From Longimicrobiales bacterium (lineage in GTDB: Bacteria > Gemmatimonadota > Gemmatimonadetes > Longimicrobiales > Gaopeijiaceae): a DNA stretch of 64,000 nucleotides. A program made the position numbers and the translations under genes. Location: contig CAXXKM010000002.1 of the NCBI GenBank assembly GCA_963664435.2, positions 128,001 through 192,000 on the forward strand, written 5' to 3'. Position 1 is the first letter of the stretch, and every line of letters begins with the position of its first letter. Below the pieces are notes generated by a model, which saw only the letters and a list, made by a program, of their open reading frames with translations, did no database searches and was not told where the DNA came from. Positions 1 through 9,800 of the stretch are shown one piece after another.

Positions 1-358
1 TGCCCTCGGCCATCAGGCGGGTGCTCCAGTGCGTCCCCCGCGGCGGTTTCTCCTCGAGCGTGCGGCGCACGACCTCGGCCTCGACTTCGGGCGTGATCGT
101 ACTTCGCGGCCGACCGGGGCGGGACCGATCCTCAAGTCCCGCGAGCCCCTCTTCGTCGTACCGGTCCAGCCATCTTTGCACGGTCGGCAGCGAGACGCCG
201 ATCTCGCGGGCCAGCGTCCGGCCCGGCAAACCTCCGGCCGAACCCAGTATGATCCGGGCGCGCTCCACGCGCCGCTGCGGGGTCGTGCGGGCTCGAACCC
301 ATCCCTCGAGCTCCTTGCGGTCCCCGGGTCGCAATCGAATCCTTCGCAGAGCAGGCAT
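1..358 (-). CDS. IS630-family transposase, N-terminal HTH part (runs off the window edge)
   Basis: Manual translation from ATG at 358 (not in the ORF track): MPALRRIRLRPGDRKELEGWVRARTTPQRRVERARIILGSAGG...IGVSLPTVQRWLDRYDEEGLAGLEDRSRPGRPRST...PPRGTHWSTRLMA, the typical IS630 N-terminus. Confidence 0.88.
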   Translation of the reverse strand, partial: MPALRRIRLRPGDRKELEGWVRARTTPQRRVERARIILGSAGGLPGRTLAREIGVSLPTVQRWLDRYDEEGLAGLEDRSRPGRPRSTITPEVEAEVVRRTLEEKPPRGTHWSTRLMAEG

Positions 359-418
359 GCATGGAAGATAGCGGCTTCTCCATGCGTTAACCCTGCCACT
401 TATGCGACACTACACTAG
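1..418 (-). mobile_element. IS630-family insertion sequence, end upstream of the transposase (partial)
   Basis: Transposase plus terminal sequence CTAGTGTAGTGTCGCATAAG on the - strand; CTAG at 415-418 fits the IS630 TA/CTAG target. Confidence 0.75.
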
Positions 419-473
419 GATACGATTTCGCGTTCCGGTTGCCGAGCGGGCTACGGCAGAGGAAGACCTGTGA
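417..473 (+). pseudogene. C-terminal remnant of a probable sensor histidine kinase interrupted by the IS630
   Basis: Reads (T)RIRFRVPVAERATAEEDL*, like the GTxxxxxxP end of HATPase_c; its TGA overlaps the GTG start of the response regulator (GTGA 470-473). Confidence 0.5.
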
Positions 474-1123
474 GCTGGGACACGAAGGTGCTCATTGTTG
501 ACGACCATGAGATGGTTCGGGCGGGTCTTCGGGCGATCATCGAGAGTACCGGTCGAATGCAGGTGGTTGGCGAGGCGGCCGATGGCGAAGAGGCAATTCG
601 ATTGGCACAGAGGCTCGATCCCGACGTGATCCTGATGGACATCGACATGCCTCGCTTGGACGGTATCGAGGCGACTCGGCGGATTAGCGCGCTGGACCTT
701 GGCACAGGGATCCTGATCCTCACCAGGCACGACCACGAGGAGTACCTTGAACCCATCATGTCGGCGGGCGCGATGGGGTTCATTAGGAAGAGCCGGGGGC
801 CTGAAGACTTGATCCGAGCCGTAGATCTGATCGCCGCCGGACGGACAACGATGCCACGCGAGGCAACCCAGCTTTACATGCGGAGACGGCAGGAATTCGA
901 CGCTCAGCCGGAATCCCCGCTGACCTCCCTGAGCGATCAGGAACGCGAAATCCTGAGACTCACCGCCAGAGGTTTCACAGCGAGCCAGATCGCCGACAAA
1001 CTGTCCCTGGCGCGAAAGACCATCGAGAACTATCGCGCCCGCCTGAAGGAAAAACTCAAACTGCGCGACCGGTCGGATTGGGTCGACTTGGCACTCAAGT
1101 CGGGTTTGCTGCTGAAAGACTAG
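470..1123 (+). CDS. NarL/FixJ-family response regulator (REC + LuxR HTH)
   Basis: VLIVDDH, DVILMDIDMP, LSDQEREILRL...IADKLSLARKTIENYR. Confidence 0.95.
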   Translation: MSWDTKVLIVDDHEMVRAGLRAIIESTGRMQVVGEAADGEEAIRLAQRLDPDVILMDIDMPRLDGIEATRRISALDLGTGILILTRHDHEEYLEPIMSAGAMGFIRKSRGPEDLIRAVDLIAAGRTTMPREATQLYMRRRQEFDAQPESPLTSLSDQEREILRLTARGFTASQIADKLSLARKTIENYRARLKEKLKLRDRSDWVDLALKSGLLLKD

Positions 1124-1269
1124 AACAGCGGGGGCCACCTCAACGGCCGGAGCCTTCACGACAGTAGGGCCAGCAACGGCTCGATGCGACTGCAGAGTCC
1201 CGCTAATTGACTGCGACTTCGCCGCTGTTTCTGTACGGTGGAATCAGGAATGGGTTAGCGTCAAGGGTG

Positions 1270-1320
1270 GCAGATCGTGCAGTCCGAGTTGAACTTACGT
1301 GATTCCTTGCCGTGATTCGG
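1270..1320. repeat. Bipartite motif copy 1, candidate mobile-element end or recombination site
   Basis: GCAGATCGTGCAGTCC(1270-1285)-N22-TGCCGTGATTCGG(1308-1320); same layout as 13195-13245. Confidence 0.75.
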
Positions 1321-1332
1321 TTCCCCGTGAAT

Positions 1333-1620
1333 CTGCCGCTTCGCGCGAGCCCAATCGCGATGTCCAAGCGACCGGGTGAGCCTTCGCCCGTTCTCTCGCC
1401 ACTCTATCTGGTAGAGGCCGGTTTTCCGGTCGGGGAACACCCTGACCCGGTTCCGGCCCCATTCACCGGCGCCGTAGGAGCGCCGACTTCGTTTCGTGCG
1501 TGCCATCATTCGATTCCTCTCGGTGATGGACCGCACGATCTGCGCGAACGAAAGGTCGCGGAGAGAAAGCTCCTCCGCCAGTCGTGCCCGGACCGATGCG
1601 TTACCTTTCCGGGGGAGGTG
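1333..1620 (-). pseudogene. N-terminal fragment of a tyrosine recombinase/integrase-like protein, with the tail of the upstream small ORF in frame
   Basis: MARTKRSRRSYGAGEWGRNRVRVFPDRKTGLYQIEWRENGRRLTRSLGHRDWARAKRQ resembles an integrase arm-binding N-terminus; plausible sequence stops at about 1333 and no catalytic domain follows. Confidence 0.6.
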
Positions 1621-2264
1621 CGTATATGCGCGACCCGCCCCCGCCGAGGGCGCGATCACGACTGGTTGGGTGGTTGCGGTCGCCGTCGTGGGGGTGAGCG
1701 GCCGCTCGGTGGGTCGAGACTCTGCCCCGCGTTTGCGGGGTTTCCGTGGAGCCAGATGTGTTTTTGTTTCACGAAAACCTCTGGCCGGGGGTATCCCCCG
1801 GACCCCCGCAACGACGTTCCGCGCGCCACCAAGGGGAGGCCGCCCGGACATGGTTCGTCCCCGGAAACCCGAGGCCGAGCGCAGGACCCGCACGATCGGC
1901 GTGCGCGAGGAGCATGCCTACATGCGCTTGAGACTTTGACTTCTGATCGGCCGGCCGGTGGCGTACCGCGCGTGCACATCGACATCGGGGTGCATGTGCA
2001 CGGAATCACCGAGTCCATGTGCGCGGGCAAGGACTCCGTATGTGGCTGCCCGCGTTGCGGTTGCACCACGGCCGCACGAACGGCGGTGCCGTTCCAGAGT
2101 GTGCGGCCGTGGCGGGAGTGACCCCGGTGTTCGGCATGCCTCACACGCCACGGCGATGGTTGGGATGTGCACGCCATCCCACCCCCGCCTCGGGGTCACT
2201 CCCGGCCATCAATCCTTGCAGGAAGGCAGACTGCGACGCCTTAAGGACTCGGCCACGTCGACGG

Positions 2265-3308
2265 TCATCCCCAGCATTCGTTCAACGCCTGTTCAGCGCC
2301 GATGGACGGGATCCCCGGAACCGGCTCGTCGGTGACCAGGGTTACGCCCGTGTCGTGGAAATCCAGGCCGGGCGTGTTCTCAGGCCTTGCGCCCGTTGTC
2401 AGGAACTCTACAACGGCTTCGATTCCTAGGGAGGCCATTCTCAGTGGATACTGCATCGACGTGGCCCCGATCTCGCCAGCCGCCACGTTCCGGACACCTT
2501 CGCAGCCACCGTCGATGGTGAGGATGAGAACATCGTCCTGCACGCCCAGCCCCCGGAGCGCCGCGGAGGCTCCGGCGGCGGCCGGTTCATTGATCGCGTA
2601 CACCACGTTGATCGCCGGATCATCCCGCATCAGGCGTTCCATGGCGGCTCGCCCGCCTTCCTCGGTGCCCATGGTGGGGGCGCTCCCCACGATGCGGGGG
2701 TCGTCTTCGTCGTACATCCTGTTCGGGTCCTTGATGTCGATGCCGAAGCCGTCGAGGAAGCCTTGGTTGCGCAGGACCTCGACCGTGACCTGCGTCCCCG
2801 CGCCGTCCAGCGTAGCGATCCTCGCGTCGGCGGCGGAAGCACCCAGCCGGCCCCGAGCCCACATGCCGATCAACTCCCCGGCCCGGAAGTTGTCGGTGGC
2901 GAACGTTCCGTCCACCGCGTCCGCCGGATCGAAGGGCGTGTCGAGCGCGATGACGAGCACGCCGGCCCGCCGCGTCCGATCGACCGCGTCCAGCAGCGCC
3001 ACGGGATCCGACGGCGTGATCAGAATCCCCCTCGCGTCCGCGGCCAGGAGATTCTCGATGGCCCGAACCTGAGTGTCCGTGTCCCCGTCGAATCTCCCGG
3101 CGAAGGCGCGCAGTTCGACGCCGAGTACACCGGCGCGCTCGATTGCGCCCTCCCTCATCGTCACGAAGAACGGATTGTCCTCGGTCTTGGTGATCAGGCC
3201 GACAACCGGTTCCGCCTCGCCGGGTCCCGTGACGCATCCGGCAACGAGCGACACGAGCAGTCCGCAGATCAATCGCGCCCCTCCGAGCAAGCCCTTTGTG
3301 GATTCCAT
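2265..3308 (-). CDS. Sugar ABC transporter substrate-binding lipoprotein (FrcB/RbsB-like)
   Basis: Lipobox LVAGC; LITKTEDNPFF, IALDTP, FATDNF, TIDGGCEGV, QYPLRMA, terminal CWG; start moved from the ORF-track start to ATG 3308. Confidence 0.88.
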   Translation of the reverse strand: MESTKGLLGGARLICGLLVSLVAGCVTGPGEAEPVVGLITKTEDNPFFVTMREGAIERAGVLGVELRAFAGRFDGDTDTQVRAIENLLAADARGILITPSDPVALLDAVDRTRRAGVLVIALDTPFDPADAVDGTFATDNFRAGELIGMWARGRLGASAADARIATLDGAGTQVTVEVLRNQGFLDGFGIDIKDPNRMYDEDDPRIVGSAPTMGTEEGGRAAMERLMRDDPAINVVYAINEPAAAGASAALRGLGVQDDVLILTIDGGCEGVRNVAAGEIGATSMQYPLRMASLGIEAVVEFLTTGARPENTPGLDFHDTGVTLVTDEPVPGIPSIGAEQALNECWG

Positions 3309-3623
3309 TCGGTTCTCACGATTAGGGACAACAGCTTCGCGGCCCTGGCGGCCTGAGGAGGGCGAACAGCTCTCGGAGCTGCCCGTCCGCAAGCACCACG
3401 AATCATGGCCCGGAAGTCGAGAATCGGGAAGCGCCGCGACTCGCCGACCGGCTCGCGGAGTTCGCATGGAACGCCGGGACGGGTCGCTACCCGCTCCCTC
3501 GCGGATACTGCTTGTCAACGAAGCCGAGTGCGGCGAGCATTCCTGGCGGGTGGTAGCGACAGGGACCCGGCCGGAGGGAATGGCCACCTCCGGAGCACGT
3601 GAACCGGCGGAAGGAGCATCGAG

Positions 3624-4079
3624 ATGCGAAAGCTGCTGCTGGCTTGTCTGGCTCTGGTGCCTTCGCAGGTTCAGGCGCAGGAAACGGACGAGGCACGGGA
3701 AGTGCCGAGCCGTTTCGTTCTCGAAGCCGGGATCGTCGGCGGCAACAGCGTCGCGTGTCCCGGACACTACGTCGGCGTCAGCGGGCGCGTCGCCGGGCCG
3801 GTGTCGCTGTACGGGATGGTGGAGCACTACCGGTGCGCCGACTTGGCCGGGTCCGCCAACCGGATCGGCGCGTCGGTCCTCCTCGGGCGTTCCGGTTGGG
3901 TCGTTCGCCCGGCGTTGCGCGCGGGCATCGAGTACGACGGCGGAGGCGTTTCGCCGACCGCCGGTGCGAGCCTGACGTTCGGACGGCGCTACGGAGCGCG
4001 CTTCATCCTCCACGTCGGAGACGGGTCCGACGATACCAACATCGTGCTCTTCCAAATGGGCGGTTACATTTCGTTCTGA
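3624..4079 (+). CDS. Small exported protein, probable outer-membrane beta-barrel
   Basis: GGAG RBS, signal peptide ending VQA, alternating beta pattern, C-terminal GGYISF. Confidence 0.65.
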   Translation: MRKLLLACLALVPSQVQAQETDEAREVPSRFVLEAGIVGGNSVACPGHYVGVSGRVAGPVSLYGMVEHYRCADLAGSANRIGASVLLGRSGWVVRPALRAGIEYDGGGVSPTAGASLTFGRRYGARFILHVGDGSDDTNIVLFQMGGYISF

Positions 4080-4731
4080 GCCCCGATTGACGTTCCCGGC
4101 GGCGACGGGTTCGGTGCTCGAGTGCAGACAAGCACCGGGACGGGGGCTGTACTGCCTTCCCGCAGGGATCGCTGGTTCGGTAGCGACCCGTAAGGGGTCG
4201 GGGAAGGGGTGCGCAAACACACCTGCCCCCGAACCCGTAGCAGGCCCTCGGACTGCCGGGTCGCTACGGTCACGCCTTGAGCGGCCAGTGCGCCACGGGC
4301 GCACGGGCGGCGAGGCCGAAAAGCGTTGCCGCGCCAGCGGATAAGCGGGAAGGCCGGTGCGTAGCGCCGGATCGCCAAGGTGCGCATTGACCCCCCATGT
4401 CGTTTGCGCGTTTCAGTACGGCTCTAGAGGCGGGAGCGCCAAAAAAACCCCGGCGAACCGTTGCGTTCGCCGCTGGCCCACCGGGGATCCGGCCCTTGCG
4501 GACGAAGCCGCCTCGTATCCTTACGCCGTCTGCCCCGCCCGGGTTTCGGAGTATGCGGCCATCCGAGCCGCTGGCGGGGCTGGCCCCGGCGACCCGGATC
4601 ATGCTTTCAAGGGCCGACCTCCGGTGTCTTCGGCGACCGCTGCGGACAGATCAGCTTGGCGATAGAAGAGGGGAGGGCGTGAGCCGCGCGACTGACGTTC
4701 CGCGAGCGACTTGCATGGCGCGGACGGAGCC

Positions 4732-4765
4732 TGCCATTGTCCTTCCCTTGCCATTGTCCTTCCCT
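4732..4765 (+). repeat. Perfect 17-bp tandem duplication TGCCATTGTCCTTCCCT x2
   Basis: 4732-4748 equals 4749-4765; 33 bp upstream of ATG 4799. Confidence 0.9.
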
Positions 4766-4798
4766 CGCTCGCCTTCCCGGAGGAGATTTCGAGGCAGC

Positions 4799-6808
4799 AT
4801 GCGCTCCCAAGCATGGGTCGTCCTCGCCCTCGGGGTACTGGTCGCCGCGTGCGATAGCCCACTGGCGCCCGCGGCTTGCGGTGCGCTGCCCCAGTTGACG
4901 GTCCACGTGGGGGACACGTCCGGCGTCACCGCCTGCTTCAATGACGTGAACGGCGATGCGTTGAGTTACGCGGTCGGGTCATCGAACCCCTCGGTGGCCA
5001 CGGTCTCGGTTGCGGGGGCGGAGGTGACGGTGCGCGCCATCGCCCCGGGCACCGCGACGGTCATGCTGACGGCCACCGATCCGGCGGGGCTTGGAGATCA
5101 GCAGAGTTTCGAGGTCGTCGTGCCGAACCGGGCGCCGCGGGCAGTGGCCACGGTCCCGGAGCAAAGGGTCGAGGCGGGCGCGGAGGTAGTCGTCGATCTT
5201 GCGTCCTGGTTCGAGGAGCCGGACGGCGAGCACCTTCGCTTCCGGGTGACGGTCTCGGACGCCGAAGTCGCGGGCGTGGCCGTCTCGGGCAATCGGGCGA
5301 CGTTGGCGGCGCGGGCGAGGGGCACCGCCTCCGTCGCCGTCACGGCGACGGATCCCGGGGGCCTGGCGGCTGTTCAGGTGTTCGGTTTCGAGGTACCCAA
5401 CCGGGAACCGGTCGCGCTGGGCGTGATCGAGGGTCAAGTCATGCGGCGCGGAGAGACGCGCGTGATCGACCTTGCGCCGTTTTTCGCCGATCCAGACGGA
5501 GAGCCGCTGCGCTACGCTTCGTCGTCGTCGAGTCCCGGCGCGGTTGCGGCGACCGTCTTGGGCGAGTCCGTGCGCCTGACCGCTTTCGGGGCGGGGCGGG
5601 CGGCGATCACGGTGACCGCGCGCGACCCCGACGGCCTGACGGCGGCTCACATGTTCGGCGCGGAAGCTCGGAACCGGGCACCGATTACGACCGGTGCCCT
5701 GCCGGATGTCGATTTGGGTGCGGGCGATACGATCCGGCTGGATCTTGCGGGCCGCTTCTCGGATCCGGACGGGGACACGTTGACCTATGTGGCATCGTCT
5801 TCGGACTCTGCGGTCGCGTCGGTGGAGGTGCGTGGAGAGACCCTGCTGCTTTGGGGAGTGCGCGAGGGGCGGGTCACGGTCACCGTCCTGGCTTCAGACT
5901 CGGGCGACTTATCGGCCGCGCTGTCCTTCCAAGCGACGGTGGCAGGCGGCCCCGGGGACCCTAGGTCCTTCCAGATCGAAATCCGCTTCGCCACGGTGCT
6001 GACGGCCGCGCAAGAGAAGGCGTTCCAGAGAATGGCGGCGCGGTGGATGGAGATACTGGAAGACACGGAGTTGCCGGACATGCCGGTGCCGGAAGGCGTT
6101 GTCACGTGCCGATCCCCGGCCAGGACGCACGAGCAAGACGTGAGTGTCGTCGATGACCTGATGATCGTGGCGTCAGTCGAGGAGATAGACGGCGTCGGCG
6201 GGACGATCGGTCGAGCCGGACCGTGCGGGACTCGCGCGGGATCGATGCTTCCATGGTTCGGCGTGATGGAGTTTGACGCGGCGGACATGGCCTGGATGGA
6301 GGCGGAAGGGATTCTGGAATCCGTGATTCTCCACGAGATGGGCCATGTGCTCGGCATCGGCCCGTTGTGGGACGGGTTCGGGCTCCTGCGCAATCCATCG
6401 CTGCCTGTGGAGCGGGAGGTGGACACGCATTTCGCGGGAGCGCTTGCGATCCGGGCGTTCGACGAAGCGGGCGGGACCTCCTACACCGCCGGTTCCAAGG
6501 TCCCGGTGGAGAACAAGGGGATCCGCCGCGGCAGGGACGACGTGCATTGGCGCAAGAACGTATTCGGCAACGAACTGATGAATCCGAGCGCCGAGCCCGT
6601 GATGCCCCTCAGCGCGGTAACGATCGCGTCGCTCTCGGATATGGGGTACGCCGCGCGAACGGACCTCGCCGACGCCTACCGTCTTCCGGGCGCGGCCGCG
6701 TTGCGTGCGCATCGAAGCCGCGCCGTCCCTCTCGGCGAAGACGTGATCCGCGGCCCCATCGAGGTCCGCGACCGGCATGGCCGGGTGGTGGGGATCATTC
6801 GCCCCTGA
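4799..6808 (+). CDS. Surface lipoprotein: about 4 Ig/cadherin-like repeats plus a leishmanolysin (M8)-like zinc metalloprotease
   Basis: Lipobox LVAAC; repeats NRxP...F.DPDGD.L.Y...VTA.DP.GL; HEMGHVLG, later HW and NELM (Met-turn-like). Confidence 0.8.
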   Translation: MRSQAWVVLALGVLVAACDSPLAPAACGALPQLTVHVGDTSGVTACFNDVNGDALSYAVGSSNPSVATVSVAGAEVTVRAIAPGTATVMLTATDPAGLGDQQSFEVVVPNRAPRAVATVPEQRVEAGAEVVVDLASWFEEPDGEHLRFRVTVSDAEVAGVAVSGNRATLAARARGTASVAVTATDPGGLAAVQVFGFEVPNREPVALGVIEGQVMRRGETRVIDLAPFFADPDGEPLRYASSSSSPGAVAATVLGESVRLTAFGAGRAAITVTARDPDGLTAAHMFGAEARNRAPITTGALPDVDLGAGDTIRLDLAGRFSDPDGDTLTYVASSSDSAVASVEVRGETLLLWGVREGRVTVTVLASDSGDLSAALSFQATVAGGPGDPRSFQIEIRFATVLTAAQEKAFQRMAARWMEILEDTELPDMPVPEGVVTCRSPARTHEQDVSVVDDLMIVASVEEIDGVGGTIGRAGPCGTRAGSMLPWFGVMEFDAADMAWMEAEGILESVILHEMGHVLGIGPLWDGFGLLRNPSLPVEREVDTHFAGALAIRAFDEAGGTSYTAGSKVPVENKGIRRGRDDVHWRKNVFGNELMNPSAEPVMPLSAVTIASLSDMGYAARTDLADAYRLPGAAALRAHRSRAVPLGEDVIRGPIEVRDRHGRVVGIIRP

Positions 6809-6814
6809 TGGACG

Positions 6815-9800
6815 GTGCGCCGATCCGATCCGGGCCGGGGTCGTTCGCGGGCGACAAGATGCGAAGCCCACCGAGTGCTTGTAGATTGTAGTGGGTACCG
6901 GTTTGGGGGCGTTGCGCCACCCCCGGACCACCAAGCGTCGTTTGCCACCACTGGACCACAACATGACCCTCGCTTCAGCTACCCCCCCCCCCCCGAAACA
7001 TATGTAGCGGCTGTACTTAGAAGGCGTCCGGCCCGGTTCGCGCTTCGGACGGCAATCCTGCTGGCACTCTGGGTGGTGGCGTGCGAGAACCCCTTGGGTC
7101 CGGATCCCTGCGGCCCGATCCCGGAGGTGACGGTGCATGTCGGCGAGACGTCCCACGTCACCCCCTGCTTCAACGACCCGAACGGCGACATGCTGGTCTA
7201 TGCGGCCGCGTCGTCGAACCCTTCGGTCGCCTCCGCCTCGGTCTCCGGCACCTCGGTCACCGTAACCGGGGTTGCGCCCGGCAGCGCCTCGGTCACGCTG
7301 ACGGCCCGTGACCCCGGAGGGCTCCAGGGCCAGCAGAGCTTCACGGTCACGGTTCCCAACCGGGCGCCTCAGCCGAGGGGCACGCCGCCCGGCGTTACCG
7401 AGCGGGTCGGCGCCATCGCGACGGTCGACATGGCCGAGTACTTCACGGATCCGGACGGGGAAGCGCTCACCTACACGGCGAGCCCTTCGGATCCCGAGGT
7501 GGCGGGCGTGAGCGTTGCGGGTTCGGTGGTCACGGTCACCGCTTTGGCGAAGGGCAGTGCCACCGTGACGGTGACCGCACGCGATCCCGGGGGCCTCTCG
7601 GCCACGCAGTCCTTCCCGTTCGCGGTTCCCAACCGGCCGCCTGTTGCGGTGGGAACGCTTCAGCCGCAAACGATCGAGGTGGGCCAGTCCGTCACTCTCG
7701 ACGTGGTCGCTTCGTTCAGCGACCCGGACGGCGACGACCTGAGCTACACGGCCGCCTCATCGGCACCGTCGGTTGCGCGCACGAGCGTGGCGGGCAGCGT
7801 GGTCACGATCACCGCGGAAGGAAAGGGAACGGCCACGGTCACGATCACGGCGAGCGACGACGAGCCGGCAAGCGCGATTCAACAGGTGAGCGTGACGGTG
7901 TCCAACCGGCCGCCCGTGGCAGTGGGAACGCTTCAGCCGCAAATGATCGAGGTGGGCCAGTCGGCCACCCTCGACGTGTCCGCTTCGTTCAGCGATCCTG
8001 ACGGCGACGACTTGAGCTACACGGCCGCCTCATCGGTCCCGTCGGTTGCGCGCACGAGCGTGGCGGGCAGCGTGGTCACCATCATTGCGGAAGGACCGGG
8101 AGCGGCCACGGTCACGATCACGGCGAGTGACGACGAGCCGGCGACGGCGACCCAGCAGGTGAGCGTCACGGTGCCCCAGCCGAACCGGCCGCCACGCCCG
8201 GAGGGCACCGTCCCGGACCAGTCCATCGAAGCGGGCCGCCGTGCCACTGTGAACGCCGGGCGGTACTTCAGCGATCCTGACGGGGACGCGTTGACCTACT
8301 CGGCCTCGTCGTCCAACGGGACGGTGGCCGGTGTCTCGGTGTCGGACTCGACCGTGACGATCACAGCTGCGAGTCCCGGGACCGCGACGATCACGGTTAC
8401 AGCCCAGGACCCCGAGGGCCTCAGCGCGGCGCAGGACATCCGGGTCGACGTGGAGTCGGCGGGCGCGCCGGATCTGGAGTTCACCGGCGTCACCCCGACA
8501 TCGGTGACGGGGTCGCCGGGCGGGTCGGTGCAGGCCGCATTCACGCTTCGGAACGCGGGCGACGCGACCGCGCCCGCCACGACGATCCGCCTTTACGAAT
8601 CGTCCGACCCATCCATATCGACCAGTGACACGGAGATCGCGAGCGATCGAACCTCTGGGCTTCCGGCGGGGCAGAGCCGGACAATCACCGGAACGGTCAA
8701 CCTGTCGAGCCAAGCCTCCGGCACCTTCTACTTCGGGATTTGCGCCGACGCCGTTTCCGGCGAATCCGACACGGGCAACAACTGCTCGACCGGTGTCAGG
8801 GTGACGGTCACGGGTTCCGGCGCGCCGGATCTGGAGTTCACCAATGTCACGCCGACCTCGGTGACGGGGTCGGTCGGCGGGTCGGTTCAGGCCGATTTCA
8901 CGATCCGGAACACCGGCGACGCGCCGGCGCCGGCCACAACGATCCGCCTCTACCAGTCAGGCAACTCGACAATCTCGACGACGGACGACGAGATCGGTCG
9001 AACGGCCTTCGCCGGCCTCGCCGCTGGGCAGAGCCGGACGATTACCGGGACCGTGGCGAACCTGACCGCAGGCTCCTTCTACTTCGGCATCTGCATCGAT
9101 GCGGTGTCCGGCGAATCCGACACGGCCAACAACTGCTCGCGGGGCGTCCGCGTGACCGTCGGCGGGTCCGGCGGCCCCGATCTGGTGGTGAGTCTCTCCA
9201 GATCGAGCGTCACGGTGTCGCGCGGAAGCAGCTTTTCGTACGAACTGACGGTGCGCAACCAAGGCGACGAGGCGGCGGCGGCCACCCTCGTACGGACCCT
9301 GATTTCGGCCGACGCGACCATTTCCACCAACGACACCGACGTCGGCGCCGCTGCGGTGCCTTCCCTGAACCCGTCCGAGGAAGTGAGCGGCGAGGCCTTG
9401 ATCGAGATCGACGCCGGTGCTCCGTTGGGCACCGTCTATGTCGGGGAATGTGTCGACGCCGTTTCCGGCGAATCGGACACGAGCAACAACTGCTCGTCGG
9501 CGATAAGGGTCACGATACGGACCAACGGTGGCGGCAGCGACACGACGTACACGACGGGGCAGACGATCGAGACCCTCCCGACCGGATTCTGGACTCCGGA
9601 CACCTCGGGCGGCGGCATTTCCTTCCGGTACTCCAGCGGCGTAGCGACCGTGGAGTTCACCGGCACCAGTTCGTACATCGTCGAGGGCAACATCCGCTAC
9701 AGCTGTCTGACCAGCACGGGGTGCGAAATCGTGAACCGGCGGGTCACCCAGGGCAGCATCCGGGCCAGCAGGCAGTCGAGCGGCAGCCTGACGGTCGAAC

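Noticed and set aside
3309..4798. Long N-terminal extensions in the ORF track (2265-4304, 4397-6808; likewise 28947-, 33157-, -51786, -53420)
   Set aside because: Signal peptides, RBS and overlaps with neighbouring genes point to later starts, which were used instead.
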